Origin: Tubiluchus corallicola
Lineage: Eukaryota; Animalia; Priapulida
Direction of reading: 5' to 3'
Assembly (NCBI GenBank): GCA_030141605.1
Contig: JAQGDQ010000361.1
Span: 173,209 to 237,208 of the forward strand
DNA: 64,000 bases
Shown here one piece after another: positions 1-12,327 of this stretch. Position 1 is the stretch's first letter, and each line of letters opens with the position of its first letter. The translations under genes were made by a program, and so were the position numbers. A model generated the notes under the pieces. That model did no database searches. It was not told where the DNA came from and was given only the letters and a program-made list of their open reading frames with translations.

Positions 1-248
1 AAATTATCTATCTAATTTTTTGTAATAACTTATAGTTTTGACGCTACTTCAGTCGCTGCCTTTCTTTAGTCAATGAACGACGTCATTGGTGGAAAATGGG
101 CGTTCAAAGCGTGAAGTGATCGCGACTTTCAAGTGATTTTTCTAACTACACAGACGCTTGTCGTACTTTTATTACTAAATATCTTCTAACATTTTGTGAA
201 CATCGAAATAAGCCTAAAATTTCCCAGAAGGCTTGACCTTTCCTTTAA
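1..248 (-). mobile_element. Non-autonomous DNA transposon end (TTAA-flanked, Kolobok-like); homologous copy at ~31118-31385
   Basis: Reverse-complement similarity to 31118-31385 over ~250 bp; terminates in ...ttcct-ttaa. Confidence 0.6.
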
Positions 249-777
249 TAAGCAAATTTTAATATCGCTCGATTGCCAGGCGTCGATGTACAATAAGAAT
301 TTACTTTACTTTCTGTTTGCATAATTATTTACTATTCAAAATATTTAAGATTGAAATTATTGTTTCTGTTAATCAGAAGCGGATTATGACCTTTTGGGAC
401 GCTAGGCTATAGAAATTACGCGCCCCTATTCATCAGCCCCCATCTTGAACAGTTTTACTCGTGATATATTTCAGCGACATTTACATACCTTGAAGTAAAC
501 TTATTGCAAATTTTGTAATCAAACTAGAATGTTGATTTTTGTTTGTTAATAAAAATATTCTTTAAGAAAAAACTGCTCTTTTTTGCAAAACAAATTAGCA
601 CGTAATTCACAACAACCATAGTGGCAAAGACAGTTTTTTTGCCAAAGTTTAATGTTACCAAAGCTTCAGCCTATTGACTACACCCTATACTAGCCTGTAG
701 GATAATCCAGTCCTGCTTTTAACGTTATTTATTTAAAATCATTTGTTACGATTCAACTCTTTCTTTATTCATTTCAG

Positions 778-903
778 GGCTTTGGTTTTTTAAACTGGTT
801 TCTCTGGACTTTAAATCTGTGGTTTCTTTACAAGGAAACGGCGTGGTACAAGGTGCGATCCCGGCCCCCAGGGGACTCTCTGTGCGCCCCTGAGTCAGTG
901 TGA
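778..903 (+). CDS. Synaptophysin/synaptoporin-like MARVEL protein, exon encoding the last TM helix (gene begins upstream of window); short C-terminus if read to the stop at 901-903
   Basis: Polypyrimidine acceptor ttcatttcag|778. Translation GFGFLNWFLWTLNLWFLYKETAWYK matches the synaptophysin-family TM4 motif FGFLN..LW..NLWF..KET.W. It continues VRSRPPGDSLCAPESV*; an internal phase-0 donor AAG|gtgcga lies at 852/853. Confidence 0.85.
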   Translation, partial: GFGFLNWFLWTLNLWFLYKETAWYKVRSRPPGDSLCAPESV

Positions 904-1172
904 CCTTTGACCTTATATTTGGTCATCTTACACTCACAATGAAAACGCGGTAAATAACTAAATCATGCATTAGGCTGTAGAAATGTGTGTTAAAAAATCG
1001 CCTGCATTAGTTCTAAAATTCGGTGAAAGATGGCAGCACGCACTTATGTCATGGCCATGCCCACGCTTGAGTGCATCGTGCTGCCATCTTGTACAGAAAC
1101 GTAAATGCGAATATTTTCTGTTTATAAAATAATTTCAATTTTTGCGCGACACTGACGAGTCTTTCTGGGGGT

Positions 1173-1357
1173 TACTGTGGTAATATATTCATGATAGGAA
1201 GGTAAAAAGAAGTCTTAATGTAGATTTCACGCTTTTACTGTGGTATTGTTCATGGTAGGAAAGTAAAAGAAAGTTTTAATGTAGATTTCACGCTTTTACG
1301 TGTGGTAATGTTCATGATAGGAAGGTAAAAGAAAGTTTTAATGTAGACTTCATGCTT
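1173..1357. repeat. ~61-bp tandem repeat, three copies
   Basis: Unit tactgtggta(a)t(g)ttcatgataggaaggtaaaagaaagttttaatgtagatttcacgcttt repeated three times. Confidence 0.85.
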
Positions 1358-2154
1358 GTGTACGTATTTTGCTACGCCAAGCTTGGCTAGTGTTTATTTA
1401 GGACAATAGAAATCACAGAACACTAAACCAAGCCTCGCTTTATTGACATTATTTAAATAAATAGCAGTGAACTTCACGGCAGATGAAACTGCCCAAAAAT
1501 AAAATAATTAAGTTAATTAATCAGTAACCCATCCATTTTCGGACATGTCCAGTTATTGCTTAACTTTACATTCGAGCGCCCTGCTTAAGGTTAATGGATA
1601 CTTTCTCCTAATTGATTGTGAGGTCTCTTCACGCATAACGCCCTTACATTGCTGAAAATAGATTTTGCAATTTTTTTCAAGAGCCATTCTTCAATTTTTA
1701 AAATAATTATTATTTTCTATGCCTAGAATTTAACGTTTCGTTTCTAAATGAACTGCACATTAAAAACAGCAGCAGTATGCTTCTGTGGCATCCAGTTCTT
1801 TGCAGTATTGTACGCATAGTAGGAATCTGTAGTTTCTACGTCACTAAAGCGTAATATCGATAGTTTTAAATTTTATTTGTAATTGCTGGCCAACTGCAGC
1901 AGAGTATATGTATCTTCTAGTCCATTGTTCATTTCAGTCCGTTGTGGCGTAGCTTGCAGCTTTGCAGTAGTTTCTGAGTTATGCAGCATTAACAATAACT
2001 TTCATCAAATCTTTTGGCTTGTTATGACATTTTTCAGCAGATTTCGCTTAAAAACATTTGCTACGAGTGGCTCAAAGTTACTGTATCTATGACGTAGTCG
2101 TGCAACATTTGCTTAACTTTCTGTAATCTTAGTAACTACTATTATTTGTTTTAG

Positions 2155-2484
2155 AAAGTAGAGCCCGCCCCATATAGTATAGAAGAGCAAAAACAAAATG
2201 GCGGCTCTTGCTCAGAAGCGCCATCTTTTATGATGATTTCGCGTGATCCCGTTACCACCGAGACCATAGTCGGCGACGTGAGAATGAACATTAATGGCAA
2301 AGTGATCACTTACAATCAAAACAATGCGACTCTTAGCTGTCAGCTTGATCAAAGAACAAGAAGGCCTAATGCTGGCCTGAATGGAAATATTACGAAAGAG
2401 AACAATGATGTTGTTTGTGCAAAAGACAATGTTGGAACCATAGATAAATCTGAGAACAGTGGCAAGTTACCAGACTGGGTATGA
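2155..2484 (+). CDS. Probable alternative terminal exon of the synaptophysin-like gene (long cytoplasmic tail KVEPAPYSIEEQ...KLPDWV*)
   Basis: Acceptor tatttgttttag|2155 is phase 0, compatible with the donor at 852. The frame stays open for 109 codons and includes ORF 2230-2484. Confidence 0.6.
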   Translation, partial: KVEPAPYSIEEQKQNGGSCSEAPSFMMISRDPVTTETIVGDVRMNINGKVITYNQNNATLSCQLDQRTRRPNAGLNGNITKENNDVVCAKDNVGTIDKSENSGKLPDWV

Positions 2485-2491
2485 GTTAGAG

Positions 2492-2873
2492 AATAAGCCA
2501 TTTCACAGTTTCGTTGTTGCTGTAGGTCAAAGGTTAAGTGTACCCTAGCAACGCGTTTTAACTACAATCGTCAAGTGACATGTGGGTGGAGCAAAATCTT
2601 TGGTCGCGTCAGTTCTGTAACTTCACTTGTTTTACGTGGACTTTACTTAATTATGCATTAGATTGTGTGTGGAGTGATTTACTAGCAGGATCTTGCTTGG
2701 GAACAAGAAAAACTGAACTAGGTAAGTTTTTAGCTAGCTATTAAAACTGTTACTATTACAATAGCTTGGGCTGTGAAGCGTTGTCAAGTGTGCACAAGTA
2801 CGTTCTCTGGTACACATGACCTTTGACCTTTTCACGATCGTCATCAATCGCTGGAACTGTGAAAAGGCTTATT
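2492..2873 (+). mobile_element. MITE family A, copy 1
   Basis: TIR AATAAGCC(T)TTTCACAGT...ACTGTGAAAAGGCTTATT plus nested internal inverted repeats (ggtcaaaggttaagtgtacc / ggtacac..gacctttgacc). Five homologous copies in the window. Confidence 0.85.
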
Positions 2874-3924
2874 GGCAGCTAATGTTTCGAATCATTGTTG
2901 CTCCAGACTTCCAGTAGACGTTGAAATATCTGTTGGCACAAATGTTCTGCAACGAAGGATTTTTTACAATTTTTTTTTACTAAAATGGTGTTTTAACTGT
3001 ACTTTAGCAGCCATGGAATAATTGTTTTAAAATACCTGAGAATGTACAAAATATGACACAAATTAAGAGTTTGTGGACTCTATGTAGAATATGTGTGTTA
3101 ATGTCTAGTTGTTTACTCATTGTTTAACATAGGATTATGCATAGGAGTTGGTTTGTTGATGATATGCTTAATACAACAATGAAAACTGTAGGACCACTAC
3201 TGCCCTCTAGTGTAGGAAAAGTTAGATAATATATTTTCGTCAAACACGAAGAACTGCAAATGGAAACTAAAGTGCTCAACTATTTATGTCATTTCTAATA
3301 AACGGACATAATCTGTTTGCGTAAATTGTTATGGATTTTTATAAGATTTTAAGAGGCCGCTTAGGTTAAGAGGCCCACTGAGTTTACGTCAGTAACTCGA
3401 CTTTTACTTTTAGTGCTGGTTAGTAATAATCAAAACGTGAGTAAATAGACCGAGATTGGTATTTAGTAAACAGGATAACAAAATATTTAAACTGAACGTG
3501 CTAAAGACAAGTAGCTTACATTGGTTAGCCCGTTTTCTTCCAAAGGAGACATGCCGATGCGTAGGCTCAAGAATCGAACACTTATAGACAGTGGTACATT
3601 TAGACGTGTGTAGGGTACTTAAAATCTTCATCAGAGGTAACCTCATTGACGAACAGCGTGGTCATTATTAATTACTTATATTTGCATAGCGCTTATATTC
3701 AAGCAGGCTGCACAAGTGCTTGTTGTGTAATACCTTGCACCTGTTCGTTATGTGGCACTTGTATAGCTGCCCTTATAAATGTGCCCTTTAAATGAACATG
3801 AAAGCATACAGATTTTCCGAAGATAATAAGAATTTTTTTATAAAATGTGACATCCTCAAATTTTGGCGCCCTTGGCTATTAGTTAATACGCCCCGTTCAC
3901 ATAACACAGAGAAGCAATAGATTA

Positions 3925-4206
3925 CAGCGTATTCAGACTAGCGAGTTTTCTGTCTCGAGTTTTCTTACGCACAGCAAACTCGCAAGTGTGAACTGCTTTG
4001 CGAGCTACTCTCGGCAGATTATTACACACTCACTGACACTCGCTGATAGTTGATTTCCTGCCTAGTGTGAACATCTCAGTGAGTAACTTGGCGCGTTTCC
4101 GGCAATGAATAAAGAAGTGTGTGTCAGCTAGTGCTTACTGTCAAACAGTTTTGCTCGCTAGTCTGAACACGATTGTGAGTTACTTGGCTAGTTTGAACGC
4201 GCTATT
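3925..4206 (+). mobile_element. MITE family E (ttcagactagcgag termini); inverted homologue at 5218-5511
   Basis: Reverse-complement similarity to 5218-5511; repeated ctagtgtgaa/ctagtctgaa motifs. Confidence 0.7.
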
Positions 4207-4417
4207 AAAGCCGAATTTAACACTCACGTGTGTGGAATACATCACCTAACTACAATCAAACAGAACAAATGCAACAACTTTTTAAAATTGAATTTTGCCA
4301 GTGTATTGTTTAGTCTTATGTTAATTTCAATAATTAATGTTGTGTACAACGACCACACTAATTATTATTAATAATAACTGGACAGTATGAAGAAGGTTTA
4401 GAATCTGTCAAAAAATA

Positions 4418-4781
4418 TTAAGGTACGACTCCACGTGTACGTAATGCGTGATGCGTGATCCGTAATGCGTATACAGCAGTTTGTATTTAAACATGTAGAA
4501 GTGTTTCCATGTATACGTAATGCGTAATCTGCAATGTGTGATACGTGAACCTGATCACTAGCGTCTGAATACGCATCACGCAGCAGTAGGCAGACGGGAA
4601 ACCGTCGTTACCTAGCTGATTATAGCGGAGCTATTTTCAAGTTTCTGGTGACCATTTCAGCTTTCTGAAAATTCTAGTTAGATGGGTTTTGGTCATGCGT
4701 GAGTTTTGTTAATACGCGTAGCGTTTACGGACGCATGGAAACAGTCAGTACGCATTATGTGCACATGGAGTTCTAGCTTAA
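4418..4781 (+). mobile_element. TTAA-flanked MITE family D; shorter copy at 52893-53080
   Basis: ttaa-ggtacgactccacgtg...cacatggagttctagc-ttaa with internal cgtaatgcgtgatgcg repeats; homologue at 52893-53080. Confidence 0.75.
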
Positions 4782-4898
4782 GTCTGTTGTAATCTGGAGT
4801 AAAAGATGGTTTGTATTTACGTCACAAATGTTGATGACAAAATTAATAATAGAATTTTTCATGCCAAGATGAGACATGTACAGTGGATAATAAACAGT

Positions 4899-7800
4899 CT
4901 ACAAGGCGGATTTGCAAACTCCGCAAGACAGTCTGCAGTAGGTCAACATGTAGTCTGGATTCTTCTGACATTCCTGTAGGCCAGCCCAAAGTGAACAGTA
5001 TCTGTTTTCATCCGTGCAAACGTCACCGCTGTCGTTGTCGTCATCCTCTGAAACAGTAATTGAAATCTTCAAAATCTGTTGCAATCTTCAAATGGAAAAA
5101 CATGCCTTAATAATACTCAAATCTAAAAAAATTATTTGTTTTGAAGATTTGCGCAAATGACTAATAGAGCGAAATTGGAAAAACATTTGCTCTTCTCCAT
5201 TTGCGTTACGCCTTCTTACGGCCTGTTCACACTAGCGAGCTTTCATGCCCAGTTACTCGCTAAGTGACTTGCAAGCATGCTCAGGCTCAACTTGCTGCAA
5301 GTTACTCTCCGACTGTAAGCGCGAGCTCTCTATTCACTGCGAGAAGTGTCGAGAGTAACTCACTGAGGCATTCACACTAGACAGTAACTCAACTAGCAGC
5401 AACTGTCGAAGAGTCTGCAATAATAACTTGTCGACAGTAACTCACAAAGCGGTTCACATTTGTGACCTTTTACTGTCAGAGAGAAAACTCGCTAGTCTGA
5501 ACGTGCCGGTAGCTCCGTAGAATTTATTTTATTTATTTATTCATTTATTTACTTATTTACGATGAAATGAAGCTCTTTACAAAAAGAATAATAATCAACT
5601 GTTTTTTCCAGTAGTTTATTAACTACGATATGTTACATTCCTTTTATAGGTGATTTAGCAAAGAGAAAGAAGGTGTGAAGACGGTTACGTTGTGCCATCT
5701 GTGGGGCACATAATTCAACTTTTTGAACAATACTCAAAGACTCTTTTTGCACATTTGTCTCGTATTTGGAGATTAACTACTCTAATCACTAATGCATTGT
5801 TCCTGCATTTTTCAAGATTACAAAACAAAAATTACGAAAACGTAAAACCGACCTGAATATTTGCACGTTTTGCAAGATTTCTTGCATTTTTCTTGCATGT
5901 ATTCACTGTTTTTATGACATTCTCCGATTCTAGCCCAATATGCACATGCTGTAGATTCGTCGGTACAATTTTGTTTATTCTTTTCTGCAAGATAAAAAAA
6001 TCATAAGCAATTACTTTAAAACAAAGAAAGACAAAATTAAAAAATACAAAACTGGCATTTGAGACAAAAATTGTTAGATTCTCAAGTTTTTAAAACCGGG
6101 AAATCCTAATGCTATTGCTATCCTAATTGGTATCATTATACCAATTGGTATAATTGTTATAATCACTGTTAATGCTATCATCGTCATCATCATCATTATC
6201 GTCGTCGTTGTCGTCGCCATCATCGTCATCATCATCGTCGTCGCACCACACCACCACAACCATCATCATCACCATTACTGGTTGGCATACTGTAACAAAC
6301 GCACAGTCAATTAGTTTTTTGTTCTTGCCTTCAGTGTCACCGCATACACCACAGGCTTTCTTGCAGAACTGCAACATATAATCTGCAGTTTTCGTACACT
6401 CTCCAATGCTGGCCCATTGTTCACAATATGCGTTGTTATTCTCACATTCTAAAAATAACCATAGACATAGCAATAACAATAACAATAGCTATGATGCTAA
6501 CAAAAATTGGACAGCAGTATATTATCAAACGTAACATTAAGCCAGTTCTAATACACAAAATCAGATTAGAAAGCTGTGCTATAAGAAAAGCTCCATCCAC
6601 AATTTTCAAATATTGTGCAAGGACGAATTTATATTCATTTGGCTGAACTACTGCACTCTTGCTGGTGATGTGACTATAGAGATAGATTAGTTAGCTGATG
6701 TCATAGTAGTTCCCATTTGCTTAAGAAAAGCTATTACTTGGTTTGCACTAAACAAAGAATTATTTTTATTATATAAATCGATGCTTGGTGCGGTTTATAG
6801 GATAAGCTTATATGAAAGTTTTGTGACTCAGTTTTACAAATCGGTTTACAAAAACACAAACTTAGAGAAAACTTACATTGTTTGCACAGCTTTTACATTT
6901 CCAAAACGTGAGTATAGCCAGAATTCATAATGACAATTGGAAAAGTGGGCGTACCTTTTACTAGCAGCGTTTATGCCAAATTACTGACCATTATCTAGAA
7001 GTTTAATTCACCTTTTTCACCATTGTCCTCCCTACAGACGTTACACGCTCTTTGGCAGTACTTAAGCATGTAATCTGAGGACTTGTTGCATTCACCGATA
7101 CCAGCCCAGTACTCACAGTGTTCATTGATATCTACACAAGCTAAACACAGAGCATAATTAATTAATCAGATAATCACTAAACTGTGACACTAATGAAGCT
7201 TATTTACATGTTTTCCTTAGCAATTATATTCATATGTTTATAAAATATTTTAGTTTCACTTAATAAAAAGCACAATACAATTAATTAGAATAAGACTCAT
7301 GATAAAAAGCCCCCCCCCCCCGTAGTTTAGAGTCCTTTGTCCAGCTTGTGTTTGGCATAACGGTATATGCAATTTATTTCTTGTGGCTGACCTGGTTCGA
7401 TGCTGATGCGTATAGTTAAAAAAGTGTTGCTTTAAAAGATTTTAGTCACTTAAGTATTTTGAAGTATTTTGTGCATAAAGCATACATATGCATTTGCTTT
7501 TATTTGGGCGTTCAAGAGCAATTTAGTGGACTGGCTAGTTGTGGGGTCAGTGAGTTGGTTACCTAGTTGGTCAGTCAGTTTGCCCGCTATTTAATTTGTT
7601 AATCAGGCGTTTCTTGACGTACGATCCAGACTACCATATGTGATATTTTCTGTATAACAGCTTAACAGACGTTACCAAACACTTGTTAATTTGTCGATCT
7701 TCCTTCACTCATTCACTTTTGTTCACTCATTACCTTCGTCTTTCTTTTCCTCACAGTTGTACAATTTGTTTATTTTTCTGACGTCCGTCTCGCTGAGTCC

Positions 7801-9427
7801 TTTTCTCTGGCCGATTGCTTGCCCTACTTGCTTGGGGGTGACAGTTGGCCCAGCGCCCGTAGAGAAAGCCAAGCGTCCGTAGTGCATTATGCTCTTGTAG
7901 TCGTACTCTTCTCCCAAATGTTGTATATGCTTCAGTGTGTACTTTCTAAAGTTCGGAACTTTTCCTGTTTTCAGTAAAAATAGTTTTTCTTTTCATACAG
8001 TTATCGTTTTAATCTCATGTAAGTCCTGCACACAATAAGTAATACCTGCATTCTTTATCGGGAATAGCTTGAAAGAAAACACAGCGTGAGTTTGATCTTT
8101 GACAAAATAGTTGTCTTATACAAGCCCATGTAATAGTTTTATTTGTTAGTGCCAAAATACATACAATACAAGAAAAAAAACAAGACATACATATAATTGT
8201 CGAGAACTACGCTTCTCGAGTAATACTGTTTATTCATGAGTTACAGGTATCTTTTCTAAACCTGTTTTCACAGTATACATTTAACTCCATGTAAACTAGT
8301 TTTGTACTCAATTAAACGTGTAGTCACTTGCATATAGGCTTCCTTAACAGAAGAAGGTATATATAGTTATAATCTTGCAACTTCTTTCTAGCTAGCTTGG
8401 AGGGACGTAAAATTGCGTTATGGCTCTCCAATTCCTCCTTATCGAGGATAATCCGTAGCCAATTATCGGTATGTAGTTTTTATATTTGTATTCTGTAGTA
8501 TGCAAATCGTTTCATTCATGCCCATTTTGACGTAGTCATCAATTTAACGTAGCCAATGGCTGTTACGTAGCGATTTTGCTCTATTTTCTTTGTTCAGTGG
8601 TGCACCATGGAGGTGAGTCAACGACATTTTACCAATTGGTGAAAACATTTGAAATAATTATAGTTTCATTTTCTAATTACATAAGTCTTTCAAGCAGGTA
8701 AGCGAAATACTAAGTAACATAATTTCGCATGATAAGCTTTTTGGGACGTAATTTAACATTTTCTTTTCTTCCCCTGATTTACGTTACGTTAGGTACATGA
8801 CGTCATGAAATGGCGCCGTCGGAACAGTATTGCGGGAGATTTAAAATGAAAACAAACAAAAAATCCTTTCAACGCGAGTACGATATACGCATAAAATTGC
8901 TATAAAGTAATATAATTTTGAAGGCGATTTTTCTGAAACCTACGTCAGGTATTCAGGGCATCAATCTACATGAAGCAGGCTCTGTCGTAGATTCGAGCTC
9001 AGTTTAGTATTAGTTCTCAATTGATAGAAGGAAAACAGAATGATTTTTCGTCCTCAGTAAGATTGGATAAACCATTTGATATAAAAATCAAACCTGGTAA
9101 AATATTTTGGTGGTGGATGACGACAAATTCGTCTCTATCAGCTCTGCTTTGCTCGTGCCAGAATCCCAGTGCATGCATCAGCTCATGAACAACAATTCCA
9201 TGATGAACGCAACCTTTTCCTAGGGAAATATTCTGGAGCGCGCCCTGTCGGCCAACAGCAGAAGTACATCTGTTACAGATTTATTATTATTTTTATTAAA
9301 TCTCATTGTTTTCTGTTACAGAAAAAAGGAAACGAACGTTATCAAGTTTATTTTGTGAGTTTATCAACTTTCCAGGAAATGAGGAAATAAAAAGGCAAAA
9401 GCGGGAGGCGAGAGAGAGAGAGAGAAG

Positions 9428-9464
<37 letters not shown>

Positions 9465-11834
9465 AAGCAGGCAGTCAATTATCAGACAGGATGAAAAACA
9501 AGCAAATGAGTGCAAAAGGAAGACGAAACTAAGTAAAAGTAAAGAAAGATAACATAGACAATGAAAGGAGTAGAAGAGATAATAAAGAAAGGAACAAAAA
9601 GAAAAAAGAAAAGGGAAGAAAGAATAACATAAAGAAAACTAAGTAAGTAAGCCAAGCAAATAAGTGAACAAGGAAGAACGAAACAAATAAAAAAGAAGAA
9701 CAAAGGAGAAAAAAATGAACATCAGAACAAGCGAGGGCAGTCAACAAGTAAGCAAGTAGCTAAAAATATCACTAAAAAGTAGAAAATGAAAACGACACAG
9801 AAAGAAGCGAAAATTGATAATAAATACGTGAGAAAATTGTACTTGAAATAAAATTAAAGAAGGACCTTTCAAATGCGTACGAATTTGACTTTTTAAAAAA
9901 AACTTTTTACCCTTTTCGTGGTGCAATAAAGACATAATCATTATGTTCATATCGAGGTACGAAGCGAATGCAGGTTTTTGCCGAATATTCGTCAATGGCT
10001 CTTTGTATGACAGATCTAGCATTGGGGTTTACAGTTTCTGAAATAATAATAACGAACAGTTTTGTGACTTTTTGTATTTGAAATCTCTTGTAGAATGAGT
10101 TTCTGACGTTATGTCGGTCACATAAGGTTTTCAGTTCTTAATTCTGCAACAATCTTAATCCAGTTATGTTGCTCACAAGTGCAACAACAACGACGATGAC
10201 GACGACAAAAACATGACCACCACCATCACCACCACCAACAACAACAACAACAAAAAACTACACTAATTTTAATATTACGAATAAATATTATTAACAGCAA
10301 AAATTAATATTTCAAGCAACGAAAGTTTCTGTGCAAAGTAATGAATAAATTTGTGGATAGCTTGTCTCACGGTGCATTTTTTAAAAGTTTTTATTTCTTA
10401 AACTAATATGAAGTATGAAATTAGAATTGACACCTACCGAATTCTGCAGAAATTTCGTAAGGAACTTCTGCATTTGGCCATTTCAAGTTATCACCTACTG
10501 CAGCACTCTCACTCTACAGTAAAAAAACGTATAATAAATAAATAAATTATGATAAGGTCAGCAATGTGGCTGTTTGTTTCTTATACATTTGCGCTTTTTA
10601 TATCATTATAAGAACTTAGTATAAGTTGTTTGTACTTACTGATAAACTTGGTAGTATAATATCACCTTCAAATTCACCTGCAAAATAACAAATATTATAT
10701 ATTTCAGAACATGTATTTGTAATATTCTTGTAATCATTAAGTTTCTTTTTCATGATGAGTTAGTTTATTATTATTTAAATTCGACAATGCTCTGTCTAAT
10801 TACTTATTATTTAATTAGCAGCCAACCAATTGTTTAATTACTAGAAAAATAATTTGATAGACCTTGCGCTCCCAGATCCGCTGGCTCAGAAGCGAGGTGC
10901 GATTTTGACTAGGGGAACCTCTGTACTGACAAATCTAAAAATGGCAGTGGTCAACATGTTAATTTGTAAAAATCAGCAGGTGCTTGTGCAACCCCAAATG
11001 AAGGAGAAATGTTTTGATTTAGCCTTGCTTTTTGAAGTCTCAAATAAAGGTATAAAAACTGAATTAAAGTTGCAATTTCAAATTGTTGGTGTCTTATATT
11101 AAAGACTTTAGTAACCGTCTTATATTGAAGTTGTTATCCCATCAGTGAGATGCTATCTGTAAAACTGCTTTCTACTGTATTAGATTTCTATATAAGTTAT
11201 AAAATTCTACGGTTTCCAGGCCAGGAGAGTCACTAACTCAGAATAAAAAATAAAAAGACGTCTTTATAAAAAGTGTCAAATTTTATTATATTGTGAGGTA
11301 ATGACAATAAATTGCTTGCTTACCCACTTGCTTGTTTGCTTGCTCACTGACTTACTTACTTACTCACTCACTCACTCACTCACTCCCGTAATTGTTTGCT
11401 TGCTTGCTTTCTTACTTATTTACCTACTTTATGTTATAGATTTTAACGAAACTGAACTAGAGATTGTAAGCAAGCATAATTTTTTTTGCACTTTTTAAGC
11501 ACGATGTACTTTAAAGCCAATAGGAAACTTATTTCAGAAGAAGCAGGCTAAACTGTCGTTTTGAATACTGAACAATCAGCTCAGGTACTTTGAATGCCTC
11601 ACAGTTACCAAAATTTCAAATGAGTGAAGATAATATTGTCACAGTTCACGTTTAGTAGTGATATAAGAATTTTTATAGGTAACCCCTTTCCTCACCTGAA
11701 AGTTCCCATTGTGATACATCGTTTCCTGCCCCGGCGTACGATTCTTGCGTAGAAATTGGTGAACACAAATAAAGCCAAGACGAAATAATTCCAATGTAAA
11801 TAATTGCAAAACTTGAAGACTCTGGCATTATCAT
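4899..11834 (-). CDS. Astacin-family (M12A) zinc metalloprotease with signal peptide, propeptide and four C-terminal ShK domains, ~438 aa, 10 exons
   Basis: Phase-consistent exons: 11834-11696 (signal peptide), 10677-10640 (FEGDI propeptide motif), 10513-10438 ([16 protein letters not shown]), 10037-9911 (KTCIRFVPR), 9269-9094 ([19 protein letters not shown] zinc motif), 7964-7734 (YDYKSIMHY Met-turn, IGQRKGLS). ShK exons: 7140-7012, 6448-6329, 5984-5853, 5047-4899 (C.D....C..WA..GEC....YM...C...C..C). Confidence 0.93.
5218..5511 (-). mobile_element. MITE family E in the last astacin intron
   Basis: Imperfect TIR cggcctgttcacactagcgag...ctcgctagtctgaacgtgccg, flanked by TA. Confidence 0.75.
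8590..8940 (+). mobile_element. Family C partial copy in an astacin intron
   Basis: Similarity to 25435-25760 and 56640-56965. Confidence 0.75.
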
Positions 11835-12139
11835 AAATGAGGTTCCTGGCTGATTGTAAAACACGGAGTTTCACTTCACGTCCAGGAAATGGCGTCTAAG
11901 TTTTAGAAAACTCACAACACGGGAAATGGAACACATTTGACCGTGATGGAGCTTCAGACGTGTTATTACCCACATCCGTCACACGAAGTTTATTACAGGT
12001 ATGTGAAGTGAACGTACTGCATAGGGACGTTGATATTATTATTCTCTAAAACATCAGGTTTATATCAGGGACACGAAGTATGAATGTGAGTGAGTGTGAA
12101 GGTGAATGAATGTGAGTGTGAACATGAATGCGAGAGTGA

Positions 12140-12327
12140 ATGTGTGTGTGTGTGTGTGTGTGTGCGTGTGCGTGTGCGTGTGCGTGTGCGTGTGCGTGTG
12201 CGTGTGCGTGCGTGCGTGCGTGTGTGTGCGCGTGTGCGTGTGTGTGTGTGCGTGTGTGCGTGCGTGCGTGCGTGCGTGTGCGAGTGCGTGTGCGTGTACG
12301 TGCGTGCGTGCGTGTGTGTGTGTGTGT
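12140..12327. repeat. (GT)n/(GTGC)n/(GTGTGC)n microsatellite
   Basis: Direct reading. Confidence 0.95.

Noticed and set aside
3600-3660. Minus-strand CTGATGA, possible hammerhead ribozyme core
   Set aside because: No correctly placed stem II + GAAA or closing helices found.
6074-6328. Poly-Asp/Met/Ser ORFs
   Set aside because: Intronic trinucleotide microsatellite; only 6329-6448 is exon.
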